A program made the translations under genes and the position numbers. This document shows positions 23,803-36,258 of a stretch of 64,000 nucleotides of DNA, in pieces (positions within the stretch are counted from its first letter, which is position 1; each line of letters opens with the position of its first letter). This stretch comes from Piedraia hortae CBS 480.64 (lineage: Eukaryota), in assembly GCA_010093745.1 (NCBI GenBank), contig MU005976.1, positions 62,001-126,000 of the forward strand, read 5' to 3'. The notes under the pieces were generated by a model. It was not told the DNA's origin. It searched no databases and worked only from the letters and a program-made list of their open reading frames with translations.

Positions 23803-24264
23803 ATGGCAACGGCCTCTGAAAACTCCGCAGTGACCAGGACTAAGACGGCGGTCAAGTTTCTTGTTGACCCGAACGATAAGACAAGAGCGCGCCCTGAGAA
23901 GTTCCGTACGCGGACGTTTTTGCGCGGACTGCGGTACCTGGGGCTTTTCCTCTTCTGGAGAGCGGTGAGATATGTCAAGTATGCGGCTATCGGCGCAATC
24001 GCAGCTGCAGTGGGGGGTACGGTAATCGGTTCTATGGTGAGCGGTGCGGCCTTTCTGTTGGCGCCCACCGGCGTTGTTGGCGGAGCAGGAATGGGACTGT
24101 TATGGGCTTTTGCAAAATTCGGATGGCACAGGGCCAAGAGACAGATGAAAAGGGCTGAAAGAGGCGAACACGTTGACCCAAAGCAAGACGAGATGGCGGA
24201 TGCTGAGGGCCTGCCTGAATCTACTCAAACTACCGAAAGACAAATGCCCATGGATCCGTGGTAG
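23803..24264 (+). CDS. Hypothetical membrane-associated protein, 153 aa
   Basis: ATG-initiated ORF with a Gly/Ala-rich hydrophobic segment (YAAIGAIAAAVGGTVIGS…GMGLLWAF); coding-like composition. Confidence 0.7.
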   Translation: MATASENSAVTRTKTAVKFLVDPNDKTRARPEKFRTRTFLRGLRYLGLFLFWRAVRYVKYAAIGAIAAAVGGTVIGSMVSGAAFLLAPTGVVGGAGMGLLWAFAKFGWHRAKRQMKRAERGEHVDPKQDEMADAEGLPESTQTTERQMPMDPW

Positions 24265-24398
24265 AGTTCTGCGCCAAGCTTCCACATTACGCACAGCAGA
24301 ACATTTCTTCATCATTACGGACAAGAGAAAACGCCTCGGCATGCTACCTGTTCCCCCGTCCTCCTTTGCATCCCGACGTAAAATTACCCAGTTTCAAA

Positions 24399-25329
24399 TC
24401 ACAGGATTTTGCAATTGCTTCTCTTCTTCTTTTTCGCTGCGAAACCACCCGTCTGTGCGCCTCCAGCACTGGCTGTGCGCCGGTGTTTGTCATCTGCAAT
24501 CTGTTCAGGACCGCGCACAGCAATGTCAATAGCCGTGTCGAAGATCTCGTGCACGCCGTTCATCTCTTTGGACGAACACTCCATGTACATGGCACCCATT
24601 TTGTCAGCCACGCTGCGGCCTTGTTGCTGCGTGATGGGTGTGAGACCTTGCGCCTTAAGCAGCTCAATGCATGTACGCTTGTGGCGTAGGTCCGATTTCA
24701 GCCCGCAGAGGATGATGGGCGTGGTGGGACAGAAATGCAGAACTTCTGGGTACCACTAAACAGTTAGCATGCGGCCGATCGGAGTTTCAACTTTCCGTAC
24801 CTTGTCCAGCACATTGTCCAGCGAATTGGGACAGTCAATGGCAAAGCACACAAAGAGCAAGTCTGTCTCGGGGTAGGAGAGCGGCCGCAGGCGGTCATAT
24901 TCTTCCTGGCCTGCAGTATCCCACAACGCCAGCTCTACACCCTTTCCAGACGGCTTATGCTCGACGTTGGTGATATAATTCTCAAACACTGTCGGCACAT
25001 ATCTCTGCGCAGGAGTCAGAGGTTGCTGGAAAATTATTGGAATAAAAACACACCTCTGGGAAATAGCCCTGGCTGTAGCTGATCAGGAGACATGTCTTTC
25101 CGCAGCCGCCATCGCCGACAACGACAAACTTCTTGCTGTATTCCGGCGGAGCCGTAATGTGTGTGCGCGCGCCGCTAGACGCCGTGGTGCTGGCTGTGCC
25201 GTCGCTGCCGCGGGTTGAGCGGCGGTTGTAACTGTTGTCGCGCACGACGTAGGTTCTGCTACTGCTGTTCTTGCGCCGCGGATTGCTGTGGTGGCCGTCG
25301 TGATTTTCCACGGCAGAAACGGACTGCAT
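24399..25329 (-). CDS. rho4: Rho-family GTPase Rho4 (278 aa; exons 25329-25054, 25004-24801, 24755-24399)
   Basis: [54 protein letters not shown], polybasic KKKKR and CAAX CKIL; long N-terminal extension typical of Rho4. Confidence 0.92.
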
Positions 25330-26255
25330 CGTGCGAATTAAACAATGCTGGTCTAACTCAGTCTGGAAGCAACTGTAGCTGGAAATGTGGATGCGTGTGA
25401 AGGCGCAGCAGAAACAACACAAAAGATGTGCGACAAGGGCAACAGGCCTGTTGGCGCAGCAACGGCCATCGGGTCACCCTTCGGTCGCGTCTGCAGGTCC
25501 CATTGGCCCTGACGTCAACGCAATATACTATTTTCGGCCCATGACGCGTGTGATGGCTGTCACTCGGCCGGGGTGTTTTGTTTGCCAGGGTCAACATCAA
25601 CCACACTGTACGCTGAGCCCCGATTCCACCCGTGTTCTGCATCCAGGTGACATTACCAGATGTTCGACATGTGAACACGTCGCAATCTTACACCGTTAGA
25701 TTGACAAGGTGTCAAAGAGTCAGTCGTTGAGCTACGGCCAGTGTGACAGTTACACGGGAACGTAACCAAGATGTCGCCTCTAGTGAAATGACTCCTTGAT
25801 CCTATAGTTACCTATATACCTACTATGCCGTTGTTTCAAATTGTGCCTTCGGCTTCGTGCTGTTTTATATGTACCGCTGTGGATGCTTCAACAGGCAGCC
25901 ATCCACGACTTTCTGCCCATCTTTCTCACTTGTTGCGATAACCAGTGAAGTAGCTCAGGCATTTCCATGCCCTCGCAATGACACCCTCCAACACTCATGA
26001 AGTTATGTACCTATCTGGTTGACAGTTCGCAATGTGTACCCTCTCGGTGGAAATACGCTAAGCCGAATCCAGTAGCCTGTTGCTCAAGATGAAACTTGAC
26101 AGAGACCCCGGACCAGGCCTTGCGCTAGTGGCCGCTAAAAGCCGACTACCAAGACAGAATTTGCATGTGAGCGTTCACAATTTATCCGCTGCACCCGATG
26201 CTGTTGCTAGAGTAAAACGAGTTCGAAGCTGATCCTGCTTCGATCATACAGCAGG

Positions 26256-27818
26256 ATGAGTGCGATAAGCATGTCTACGGAAAAGAAAGAAACCATCCCA
26301 GACGCAGGGGTCCGAGCTCTGACTCACTACCAACGAAGAATGCCGCCATGGCGATTCGAGCTTCGACGCTCATTAATTCCCCTGGTTCGATGGGAGACTC
26401 CGTACATTGCCAAGTTCCAGGCGACATGTCGCACTTCTGTTCTCGACGCGTATTTTGCATTCACCGCCAACCTTGGAACTCATACTTTCTTCATGACAGC
26501 CCTACCGATATGCTACTGGTGCGGCTACCCCGACACCGGCCAGGCGCTGGTTCGAATGCTGGCGGCAGGAGTTTACTTGAGCGGCTTTTCCAAGGATCTG
26601 CTTTGCCTACCTAGGCCCCTCTCTCCTCCCCTGCAGAGAATCACCATGTCAGGGTCAGCAGCGCTGGAGTACGGCTTTCCTTCTACGCACACCACCAATG
26701 CCGTTTCTGTGGCGATATACAGTCTCTACAAACTTCACGTCTCACGGCCGAACTTGGACCATCATTTGTTCTTGTTCCTGAACGTTTTATGCTACCTCTA
26801 TGCATTTTCCATCTCGATTGGACGGGTTTACTGCGGCATGCATGGCTTCTTTGATGTTGGAACTGGCGCTGCACTGGGAGCCCTGATCGGCTTAGCCTGC
26901 GTCGCCTGTGGTTCGGCCTTTGACTCATGGATTCTAACTTGCCGCTGGGTTGAGGTAGCCCTGGTCGTAGCCGCACTTGTAGTAGCAGTGCGCATTTACC
27001 CAGAGCCGGCAGACAGTTGCCCCTGCTTTGACGACAGCGTCTCTTTTCTGGGAGTTATGATAGGTACGGAAGTCGGTGCATGGCATTACGCCAAACACCT
27101 GACATGGACTCATATACAGTCGGATACCCCCTTGGCACAAGCATATTCCTTTGCAAATCAAAACCCTTTCAAGGTTACTACCCGTGTTGTGGGTGGCATC
27201 ATGGTCGTCTTCGCATGGCGAGCCATTACCAAGCCATTGCTTTTGCGCTGGCTTCCTCCAATATTCCGCTTAGTTGATCAAGTTGGTGTTCGCCTGCCCC
27301 GTCGCCATTTCCTGCATGCAAGGGACTACACGAGCGTGCCGACATTGCGCAAGGATGATAACGTTCTACCTCCGGCTTCTGAGATTCCTGCCATGATATC
27401 TCAAATCACGTCCCCACGCAAACGAACCGTCTCTGTTGGGCCACAGTCGGAGGCGGATGCGCGTGAGTACGTTGCAAACCTCAGAGAGCGTCGCTCGAGA
27501 GGTCAGCCTGTTGCAGTAGGTTGGAAACAAGTAGGGAAGAAAGCCGAAGTCAACAATTCGGCTACTCTTGACACTGCGTCTCCTCTCGGGGAAAGAAGCT
27601 CCATCGTCAAGGGTGAGGTTGACCCTGCCATAATTCAGCAGGCAAGGGAACCAGACAACCCTGAGGTTGACGAAGACAGGGAAGTTTTCTCATTCCTCAA
27701 GAGGGCGCGCATTCGATATGATGCAGAGGTCATAACAAAGCTTATTGTCTACGCAGGCATAGGCTGGTTGGCAACCGAGGGCAATCCTGTCTGGTTCAGT
27801 TGGCTTGGACTTGTGTGA
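26256..27818 (+). CDS. lcb3: Dihydrosphingosine-1-phosphate phosphatase (PAP2; Lcb3/Ysr3-like), 520 aa
   Basis: KDLLCLPRP, EYGFPSTH, GRVYCGMH PAP2 motifs; PCFDDS; RYDAEVITKLIVYAGIG C-terminus. Confidence 0.92.
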   Translation: MSAISMSTEKKETIPDAGVRALTHYQRRMPPWRFELRRSLIPLVRWETPYIAKFQATCRTSVLDAYFAFTANLGTHTFFMTALPICYWCGYPDTGQALVRMLAAGVYLSGFSKDLLCLPRPLSPPLQRITMSGSAALEYGFPSTHTTNAVSVAIYSLYKLHVSRPNLDHHLFLFLNVLCYLYAFSISIGRVYCGMHGFFDVGTGAALGALIGLACVACGSAFDSWILTCRWVEVALVVAALVVAVRIYPEPADSCPCFDDSVSFLGVMIGTEVGAWHYAKHLTWTHIQSDTPLAQAYSFANQNPFKVTTRVVGGIMVVFAWRAITKPLLLRWLPPIFRLVDQVGVRLPRRHFLHARDYTSVPTLRKDDNVLPPASEIPAMISQITSPRKRTVSVGPQSEADAREYVANLRERRSRGQPVAVGWKQVGKKAEVNNSATLDTASPLGERSSIVKGEVDPAIIQQAREPDNPEVDEDREVFSFLKRARIRYDAEVITKLIVYAGIGWLATEGNPVWFSWLGLV

Positions 27819-28283
27819 CCGTAGTACGTATGATAATCCAAAAGCTATGTATCAATGATCACATTTGCTTCATGTGGACAGTCGTGGAGGTGATCAAACG
27901 TCAGCTTTCGACAGGACTCGAAAGGCCTAGATGATGCTAGATGAGTCCGGCGATGCGGTGTTGGGTGTGGGTTGACCCAAATAGGACTAGCCCATGCGGA
28001 TCCGAAGATGCGCGTGATAACTCAAATAAGCCTAGCGCCAAGGCCTGCGCGTCGGCTTTTATTTGCGTTGCTCCGCCTTTCACCCACACTCTTCATCAAC
28101 ACTTGAATAACGCACATCATCATCCCGCTCTCAAGCTTCCAACAACACGCTCCACACGTGAAGCCACAACAACTGACCAATACGTCACGTCAGGCCCTTG
28201 CCCGGCCACCCCCACTTGACCCAGCGCGTCTTTAACCTCTGCCATCAACACACCCCCACCACTTACGCTCCACGCGACTCAAC

Positions 28284-29784
28284 ATGTCGGCAAACAAGCT
28301 CGATCAATCTCTCGACACCATCATGACGGACAGCAACAAGAAGAACTCGCGCCCCGGCTTCAAGCGCGGCGGTCGTCATGTTAAGAGCAAGGCGAACCGC
28401 AAGACGGCCGCAGCGCCCTCGGGCGGCGTGCGCAAGGCTTCCGCATCTGCTAAGGCCGCCCCCGCTAAGTTGGCCAAAACGCCGATTTCGGGCGAAAGCA
28501 GGATCATAGTCAGCAATCTGCCGCAGGACGTGAACGAGTCGCTCATCAAGGTACGTTGACGGACTTGGACCTTGGCCCGCACGTGCGCCATCATATGGAG
28601 ACTGTACAATCACATTGGCTCCTTCCAAACCTTCCAAGAATGCGAGGTTTTCGTTCTTTTCAGCTGTGGCTCGCGTCTTCGGATCGGCCGCAAGTGGATG
28701 GTGGTCGGGCATCACAGGCTTGCCCTGCAAGTTGCACAAAGGTATCTTGAAAATGCCAAAAGACCAGTGAAAGCTGGTAGGGTCAGCAGCAGAGCCGGCG
28801 CCAGCGGTATTGTGGCGAACTTGCCATCTCTGTCATGGTAGGGGTGAAGACCTGCTTTATAAGCCACAGCGTGCTTCACCTTGGCAAAAGTGATTTACGA
28901 TGGCGTGCATCTTGGAGTGTCCCGTCAAGCTTACCCAGAGGTCTTGCTGCTCGTCTCGGGTCTGGGTCTCATAGGCTGCTCTCGAGGACGTCTGTAACTA
29001 CTTCTTGGCACTGGCCTGGATGCGGGTGGTGGTTGCTGGCTCTGCTGCTTGCCCCCTTTGTCGCGCATCGAGCTCTTGGCCAACGCCGATCCGGGAGACG
29101 CGAGCCTTTCGGCTTGGAACTAACATTGGTGGCGACTCGATGCGGGACGGTCGACTCGTTAAGATTCGAAACGGACTGACATTCGGTTGTTCAGGATTTC
29201 TTCAGCAAGGCCATTGGAAGTGTCAAGAAGGTGGCTGTCTCTTACGGACCAAATGGCCGCAGCCGCGGCGAAGCCACTGTGACTTTTGGCAAGCCGGATG
29301 CTGCCTCCCAGGCTCACAAGGACTATAACAACGTTGCTGTCGATGGCAAGCCCATGAAGGTGTGTTATGTCACAAGTATTGTCTCATGCAAATCCTAACA
29401 CGATCAGATCGAAATCATCGGCGCCATGGCGCCGGCGCCCAAAGGTCTCGCCGATCGTATGAGGTAAGTCTATCCAATGGCAACGATGTTTGCCCCTAGT
29501 GACCGCGTGACAGCAAGCCCAAGGCCAACAACGCAAAGGGTCAGCCCAAGAACCCGACCAAGAAGAACGAAGGCGGTCGCAATGCCCGCAACCGCATGTC
29601 AGGACGTGGCGGCGGCCGCTCTAAGCCCAAGACAGCCGAGGAGCTGGATGCCGAGATGGTTGATTACTTCGGTGGCGAAAACACCAACAACGCGACTGCA
29701 GCGCCCACTGCGAACGCTAACGCTAACGCTAACGCTGGTGCTATCGGCGAGACGGAAATGGTCGAGGACGATGTGGTCCTTTGA
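28284..29784 (+). CDS. yra1: mRNA export adaptor Yra1/Mlo3 (ALY/REF), 252 aa; exons 28284-28550, 29195-29359, 29408-29463, 29514-29784
   Basis: REF-N KLDQSLDTIM, RRM (IIVSNLP…SYGPNGRSRGEATVTF…VDGKPMKIEI), REF-C KTAEELDAEMVDYF; 644-nt first intron plus two ~50-nt introns keep frame. Confidence 0.92.
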
Positions 29785-29950
29785 TGTGGAAGTGGGGAAC
29801 AGTCATTCTTCCGGGTACAGAAAAGAAGTTGATATCCAGCCTAGCTTTCACTAGTGTCACGACGAACCCTCGGCTCAACGGTTGCCCCTCTTTACCCCGC
29901 ATGTCAACGCCTATATCAAAGCCGTCAGTGCCCGCTGGGAGTCAGCAACC

Positions 29951-31633
29951 ATGTCTGATCTCACCGTCGAACTCGAAACACCCGTCTCTGGCAAATGTAT
30001 GTTTAATTAACCCATATAGCCACCTGGTGATGCTAACATTGGTTGTAGTCAGCCAGCCCATCGGCCTGTAAGCTTGTCGTGGAGCTGGGCATCGTTGAAT
30101 CTAACGTCGTAGCTTCATCAACAATGAATTCGTAAAGGGCGCCGAAGGTAAGACGTTTGAGGTAATCAACCCCTCGAACGAAAAAGTCATATGTTCCGTG
30201 CACGAGGCCACGGAGAAGGATGTCGACACTGCTGTGGCGGCTGCCCGAAAGGCCTTTGAAGGCGAATGGTCCAAAGTGGCGCCGGCAGATCGTGGAAAGC
30301 TCCTGTGCAAGCTGGCCGACCTGTTCGAAAAGAACCAGGACCTGTTGGCGTCGATAGAGTCGCTTGACAATGGCAAGGCCATCAGCATGTCCAGGATGGA
30401 CGTCGGCCTTAGTGCTGGTTGTTTGCGGTACTATGGCGGTTGGGCTGACAAGATCCACGGCGCGGTCGTCGATACCGGACCCGAATGCCTCAACTACGTC
30501 CGCAGGGAGCCAATAGGGGTTTGTGGCCAGATCATGTACAAGCACTCACCCTTACTTTGATCGCAGCTGACGGATTTAGTCCATGGAACTTTCCTCTCAT
30601 GATGTGGGCATGGAAGATCGGCCCGGCCATTGCATGTGGAAACGTCGTTGTTCTCAAAACGGCCGAACAGACGCCGCTGAGCGCTCTTATGGCCGCAAAA
30701 CTCGTCAAGGAAGCGGGCTTCCCTGCTGGCGTTATCAACATCATCTCTGGGCTGGGCAGAGTGGCAGGCGCTGCCCTCAGCTCGCATATGGACGTCGACA
30801 AGATTGCATTCACCGGCTCTACCCTCGTTGGTCGCCAAATCATGAAAGCGGCAGCGTCGTCAAATCTCAAAAAGGTCACGCTTGAGCTCGGCGGAAAATC
30901 TCCAAACATTGTGTTTGACGATGCAGACATTGACAATGCCTTGGCCTGGGTCAACTTTGGCATTTATTTCAACCACGGCCAATGCTGCTGCGCAGGCTCG
31001 CGTATCTTCGTGCAAGAGGGAATCTATGACAAATTCCTTCAAAAGTTCAAGGAGCGAGCGCAGCAGAACGTTGTCGGCGATCCCTTCGACGAGAAAACCT
31101 TCCAGGGTCCCCAAGTGTCTCAAATTCAATTCGATCGCATCATGGGGTGAGCAATCTTCCTCCTTTGTGGTTTTCAGACTGACATCCTTAGCTACATCAA
31201 GGAGGGTAAAGAAGCAGGCGCAACGGTCGAGACAGGCGGCGAACGCAAGGGCGATGTGGGATACTTCATTCAGCCGACCGTTTTCTCCAACGTGACCGAG
31301 GACATGAAGATCTACAAGGAGGAAATCTTCGGTCCCGTCTGCACCATCTCCAAGTTCAAGACCAAGGAAGATGCCATCCGTGTGGCTAACTCGACGAATT
31401 ACGGTCTCGCCTCGGCTGTGCACACCAAGAACCTCCACACGGCCATCGAAGTTTCCAACGCTATCAGGGCTGGTACGGTGTGGGTCAACTCGTACAACAC
31501 CCTACATCACCAACTGCCATTTGGTGGCTTCAAGGAATCCGGCATTGGTCGCGAACTTGGTGAAGCTGCTTTGGAGAATTATCTCCAGACAAAGACGGTA
31601 CAGATTAGGCTCGTTGACGCTCCATTCCCGTAG
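29951..31633 (+). CDS. aldA: NAD-dependent aldehyde dehydrogenase (498 aa; exons 29951-29996, 30049-30067, 30113-30535, 30580-31146, 31192-31633)
   Basis: [54 protein letters not shown]. Confidence 0.95.
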
Positions 31634-31736
31634 ATCTTTTTGTACATATGACTGTATGTAGTGATGAATTGGTTGTGCGATTGAATGCCTCGGCCCAAGG
31701 CTGCCCTGCATGGAACACCGCACTTCCAACCATCAA

Positions 31737-32591
31737 ATGCGCCTCCTTACACGTATCCACCTACGCCAACTCCCAACAACATATACCCTTCCCCTAAAGC
31801 GCAACATGTCCCTCGACAAATCCATCTTCAACGCTGACCTCTACACCTCCCTCCACCGCTTCTGGTTCGGCGACAGCTCCAACCGTGATTACTCCCAAAA
31901 CGCATCCAAATGGTTCGGCATGGGCCAGACGCCCGCCCAGAAAAAAGCCTTTGACAACGAATGCGCTTCCCATTTTTCCCGCGCTCTCGAAAGCATTTCC
32001 CCCTCCAAATACCCTCTACGCGAATGGCAAGGCTACGACCAAGACCTCCAACACGCCCACGAAATCGCCGCTCCCTTCCTGGCCCAACTCAAATCCCCAC
32101 CCAAAACCGAGAACTCAAACGAAGAAACCCTCTTATCAATGTGCATCCTCCTCGACCAAATCCCGCGAAACATCTATCGGGACAAGCAAACGCTGCCGCT
32201 GGTCTATAACCACTACGACCGCATCTCGTTCGCGCTCGTAAACGCATCAGTTGATGTTATCCGCACGACCTTGAAAAAGGTTGGTGGAGGTGGGAGGCAT
32301 CCGATGGAAGTCATGTGGCTGTGGATGCCGTTGTTGCATTCAGAGTACCGCCCCGCGCATGAGCTTGTGGGGGAATTCGTGCGGGATGTGAAGAATCGGT
32401 GTGCGCCCGACTCGCAAGAGGTGAAGATGATGGAGATGGCGGAGAAGAGTGCGGTTGATCATAGGGAGATTGTGAAGAGGTTTGGAAGGTATCCGCATAG
32501 GAATATTTCGTTGGGGAGGGAGACGACGAAGGAGGAGAAGGAGTATCTTGTTACTGCGGATACGTTTGGTGTGAGTCAGGATGGGACGTGA
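31737..32591 (+). CDS. DUF924-family protein (start uncertain: 31710, 31737 or 31807)
   Basis: FWF, ILLDQIPRNIYR, MPLLHSE, HREIVKRFGRYPHRN…LGRETT motifs characteristic of DUF924. Confidence 0.85.
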   Translation: MRLLTRIHLRQLPTTYTLPLKRNMSLDKSIFNADLYTSLHRFWFGDSSNRDYSQNASKWFGMGQTPAQKKAFDNECASHFSRALESISPSKYPLREWQGYDQDLQHAHEIAAPFLAQLKSPPKTENSNEETLLSMCILLDQIPRNIYRDKQTLPLVYNHYDRISFALVNASVDVIRTTLKKVGGGGRHPMEVMWLWMPLLHSEYRPAHELVGEFVRDVKNRCAPDSQEVKMMEMAEKSAVDHREIVKRFGRYPHRNISLGRETTKEEKEYLVTADTFGVSQDGT

Positions 32592-32640
32592 GGGGATGGT
32601 ATTGGGTTGGGGGGTTTTATGGTATGAGGTGGAACATTTT

Positions 32641-35087
32641 CTATGAGCAAAGCTTTGGGGTACTTTCGTGTTCCTTCTGCAGACATACGTATGTCAATCT
32701 GCGGTGTAACCATGTAAAATTGATCGGGGACTCGTAGGATGTCAATGGATCGGGACTATCTGGCCGATCATGCATCCAAGTTTGATTGTCTATCTTCTCA
32801 GCCAGTTGATTAACCCTATCATTGATTCCTTCTTTCGTCAGTCCGGGAGTAAAATGGTAACGAACATTGGCGGCCTGAATGGACTCAGTCCAGCGGTTCA
32901 TGCGCCTATTTTCGCCGCGTGCGTTCCACTTCTCCGTGAGGAGGCGATGGTCGGTGAACAATTCGACAGGCGTGGTGTTCGATTCAATGTAGGGGCGGAG
33001 TGCGCGTATAGCGCGGACGACGGCAAGAAGCTCGCGTTCAGAAGTGTTATAGTTACGTTCCGCGGCCGAAAGACCTTTGGATAGAACCGCGATGGGTTTG
33101 TTGGCTTGAAATGCCATAGCCCCTGTGGCAAAACCCAAGGCATCAGTATAAATGCGCATGGGCTTGTTCGGGTCGTGAAGCTGCAAGGGCGTGGAGTTTG
33201 ATAGGCAGTGCTTAACGGCGAGGAACGCGTCATGGTGCTGGGTCGTCCAAAGAAACGGCTGGCTTGTCAGGGAGTAGAGCGGGGCCGCCGCGTCGGCGAG
33301 CCCCGGCGAGAATTCGCGAAACCAATTTGCGGTGCCGAGGAACTGTTGCAGTTCGCGGGTTGATTGTGGCTCCGGCCAGGAGGACATTGCCGCGATGTCT
33401 GGTTAAGGCGCGATATGATCGTGGGCGATCGTGTGCCCGAGGTACTTGACGGAAGTGAGTCCCAATTGGGCCTTAGTTGTGGAGTGTTCGAGGCCCCTGG
33501 ATTCCAGCAAAGCGAGCACCGCTTCGAGCTTGGCCGTATGGTCGGCGTGGTCGTTCGTGTGTATGATAATATCGTCAATATACGCAGAAGCGAAGGACGC
33601 GACTGGGAGGAGCAAGTTGTCTATAAACTTCTGGAAAATGGGTGGCCCGTTCGTGATTCCAAAGGGCATAACGAGGTACTCGTAGCATCCGTGCGGCGTT
33701 TTGAAGGCGGTAAAACGTTCTTGGCCGGGTAGGACGCGGATGTTGTAGAATGCATCCTTTAAATCGAGAACAGAGAAGACTTGTCCCGAGGCTGCCTTGC
33801 GAAGGAGGTCCATTAGGCGCGGCAAAGGATATTTGTCTCGTTTGGTGATGGCGTTAAGTGGACGATACTCCACACACATACGTAGGGAGCCATCTTTTTT
33901 GGGGACGAATAATGGGTTACAAGTCGCGGTCGGGGAGGCGGGACGAATCCATTCGCGTTCGAGGGCATGGGTCACGTAGGCAGTCATAGCCCTATCTTCG
34001 GGGACCGAGAGGGTTCTGAGGCGTCCTCCATCCGTCATGATTCCTTCGGTTTGGAATGAGCATACAGCCAGTTCTTGCGTAGATGCGAAGAAAGGTTCAC
34101 CGAGTATGGCTTCCTCGTGCAGGTTCGGGACCAGGTAGAAGGTAAAGATGCGGTCGTCCACGGTCAAAAGTATTGTAGACAAATTGGTTGCCACCGTCTC
34201 GCCCACGATGCCCTGTATGGACACTGTGGTTTCTTCCGACGGGCCGTCCCAAAGGGACGCCCGAAGGCAGTTGAGTTCTGCGCCCGAGTCGAGGAGCGCC
34301 GTTACTTGTTTCCCTTGGACGTTGAGTTCGCGGCGACGGCCTTTTTTATCAGGCCGAGGGATGGCACTGATACTTCTCAACATCACAAAAGTGGCGGGAC
34401 TAGTGGTGGCGAGACAAGGGGTGGCGGCTCCTGAAGCTTTGGTGCAGCTGGTGGCGGCACATGTGTATTTGGTGCATCCAGTGGAGGAACATTGCCGAAT
34501 GGAAAATCTAGGTACGATGCGTATCTGTGTGGCAGTTGTCCAGTGGATGCATTATAGGGTAGGGCAAAAGCTGCTGGCGCATTTGAACGTGCCATTGGCG
34601 GTGGTGGCATGTACTCTGACGGCGTGCGTGGACGCGGTGGTAGACCGTGCTGCGGAATAGCCGGACATGGCGCGTTTCGGGAAGGGGCTTGCGGTAGTGC
34701 CGACACGGAGAGTGTAGTAACGTTTAGGTTAAGAGTCGTGAGTATTGGTTGGCGGTACGTAAAGGTAGGTTGAGATTCGCGGGTGGTTCTGAGAAGGGGC
34801 TTGCGGACGACTGAATGATGAAAACACTGCGTTTCCTGGCAAAGAATTTCGAGGTTGGCACGAAGGATGTGGCCGCAAACCCCCTGCCGTCCCACTCCAG
34901 TGGTTCCGGCAAAGTGAGTGGGAACACCAGCTGTGTGACAATCTTCCCTGTTCCTCCCTGTGTACATGCCTCTTGTTCTTAAGAAGACCTTGAGGGCCCG
35001 TCTAAACGACACCGGCACTTGAAGGAGCGCTGACGAGTCAACGGTGTAGTCGTAGTCCTTAGAATTCAGTTCCATCTTAGTGGCCAT
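32641..35087 (-). mobile_element. Ty3/Gypsy LTR-retrotransposon remnant: gag-like ORF, protease, RT, RNase H (integrase missing)
   Basis: Protease ALLDSGA; RT FVPKKDGSLRMC, VLDLKDAFY, MPFGITNGP, YIDDII; one in-frame TAA at 33403-33405; RNase H YTDA…ERELLAV…FTDH; similarity ends near 32840. Confidence 0.92.
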
Positions 35088-35183
35088 ACCTGCAAACCCG
35101 GGATGGTCGTCACCGGAGTCCGAGTCCTCTTCGTCGGTTTCCAGCCACTCTTCGCAATCTTCTTTGAACGCGAAGAACAGATC

Positions 35184-35447
35184 TTAGTCAAACTGTCCCC
35201 TTCTGGGACAGGTATGCTTGCTGTCTCCGTCCTGCTGGGGCTTGGTGCAGTCGATGGACCGCACGCTGCTGGGGAGAATTTTGTGCAGAACGCCGACATA
35301 CTGCTTTACGTTCATTTTCCCCACCGCATAATCGAATCGGCCGATACCCGCTGCTGACATGCAGCCCAAAATTATGGTGCTTCCACTGCCATACTTAACG
35401 TTGCCCTTGACATTATCGATGATTGAGGTGACTATTTCATCGTCCAC
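35184..35447 (-). mobile_element. Tc1/mariner DDE transposase fragment (catalytic region)
   Basis: VKYGSGSTIILGCMSAAGIG…GKMN…Y…L…QQDGDSKHT matches Tc1 'VKHGGGSVMVWGC…QQDNDPKHT'. Confidence 0.8.
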
Positions 35448-35481
35448 ATTTGCACCTCCAGATGTGACTTTCCTGAGGCCT

Positions 35482-35845
35482 CTAGTTTGACGACTTTTTG
35501 GTCGGGTTCGTCACGTCATCATCTGCCTTGGGCTGAGTGTCTATTGCAACTTTCGGACAATTAGCTCTGATGTGCTCTGGGCTCGCGCACCCAATGCACA
35601 GGCTCGCGGCCACTCGCTGGTCTTGAATCGACATCGGAACCTTCCATTGGGGCAGACCATTTGGTAAGCGGGAAGCCGAAATGGAAGTGGAAGACTTGTC
35701 AGAGGGGGATTGACTTCGAACGGGTCGTGTTCTCATTAGACAAACGCACATTCTTTACGAAGTCAGCAAAAGAGTCGAATTCGTGAACAGAGATGGCGTT
35801 CTGTAACGCTGAAGTGAGCCACTTTCGAAGCTTCTGGAAGTTACG
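35482..35845 (-). mobile_element. Retrotransposon gag C-terminal fragment with CCHC zinc knuckle
   Basis: CIGCASPEHIRANC (CX2CX4HX4C) near the end of the ORF. Confidence 0.75.
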
Positions 35846-36060
35846 GCGACTTCCTTCCATTGGACCCAATCCCGTTCATTATGGTTGCGCCAGGAAAGAT
35901 GACCCACTTCCAGTCCTTTACGATCCACTCCAGGTGTTCATCGGTCCACTTCGGGCGAGCATTCATCATCTTCTTCCTTCAGAATGGCGTGCCTGAATCC
36001 GCCCTCTGCCTTTCATCCTTGTCTTTTCTGGTGATCTGCTTCTTTCCGTTCCCATCTGCG
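35846..36060 (-). mobile_element. Tc1/mariner transposase fragment (N-terminal part of catalytic domain)
   Basis: Minus-strand translation KWTDEHLEWIVKDWKWVIFPGATIMNGIGSNGRK resembles Tc1 'WA..H..W…DW..VIFSDE….GSDGR'. Confidence 0.65.
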
Positions 36061-36258
36061 CGTTTTGCTACTTGCAAGCGGAAGTGAGCTTTGGTGAAAC
36101 GTCCTTTTAGTTGCTGTCGCAAAGATGCTTCAGCGTATTTCGCTTTTGGCGCTTCTGTGCGTTCATTGTGAGAGAATCTGGACCATAACTTATAGCCCTA
36201 GATTCGTTTCGTTGACCGCTTCTCGAACAGAACAGTTCGAGACATTGTTGTCCAAACC

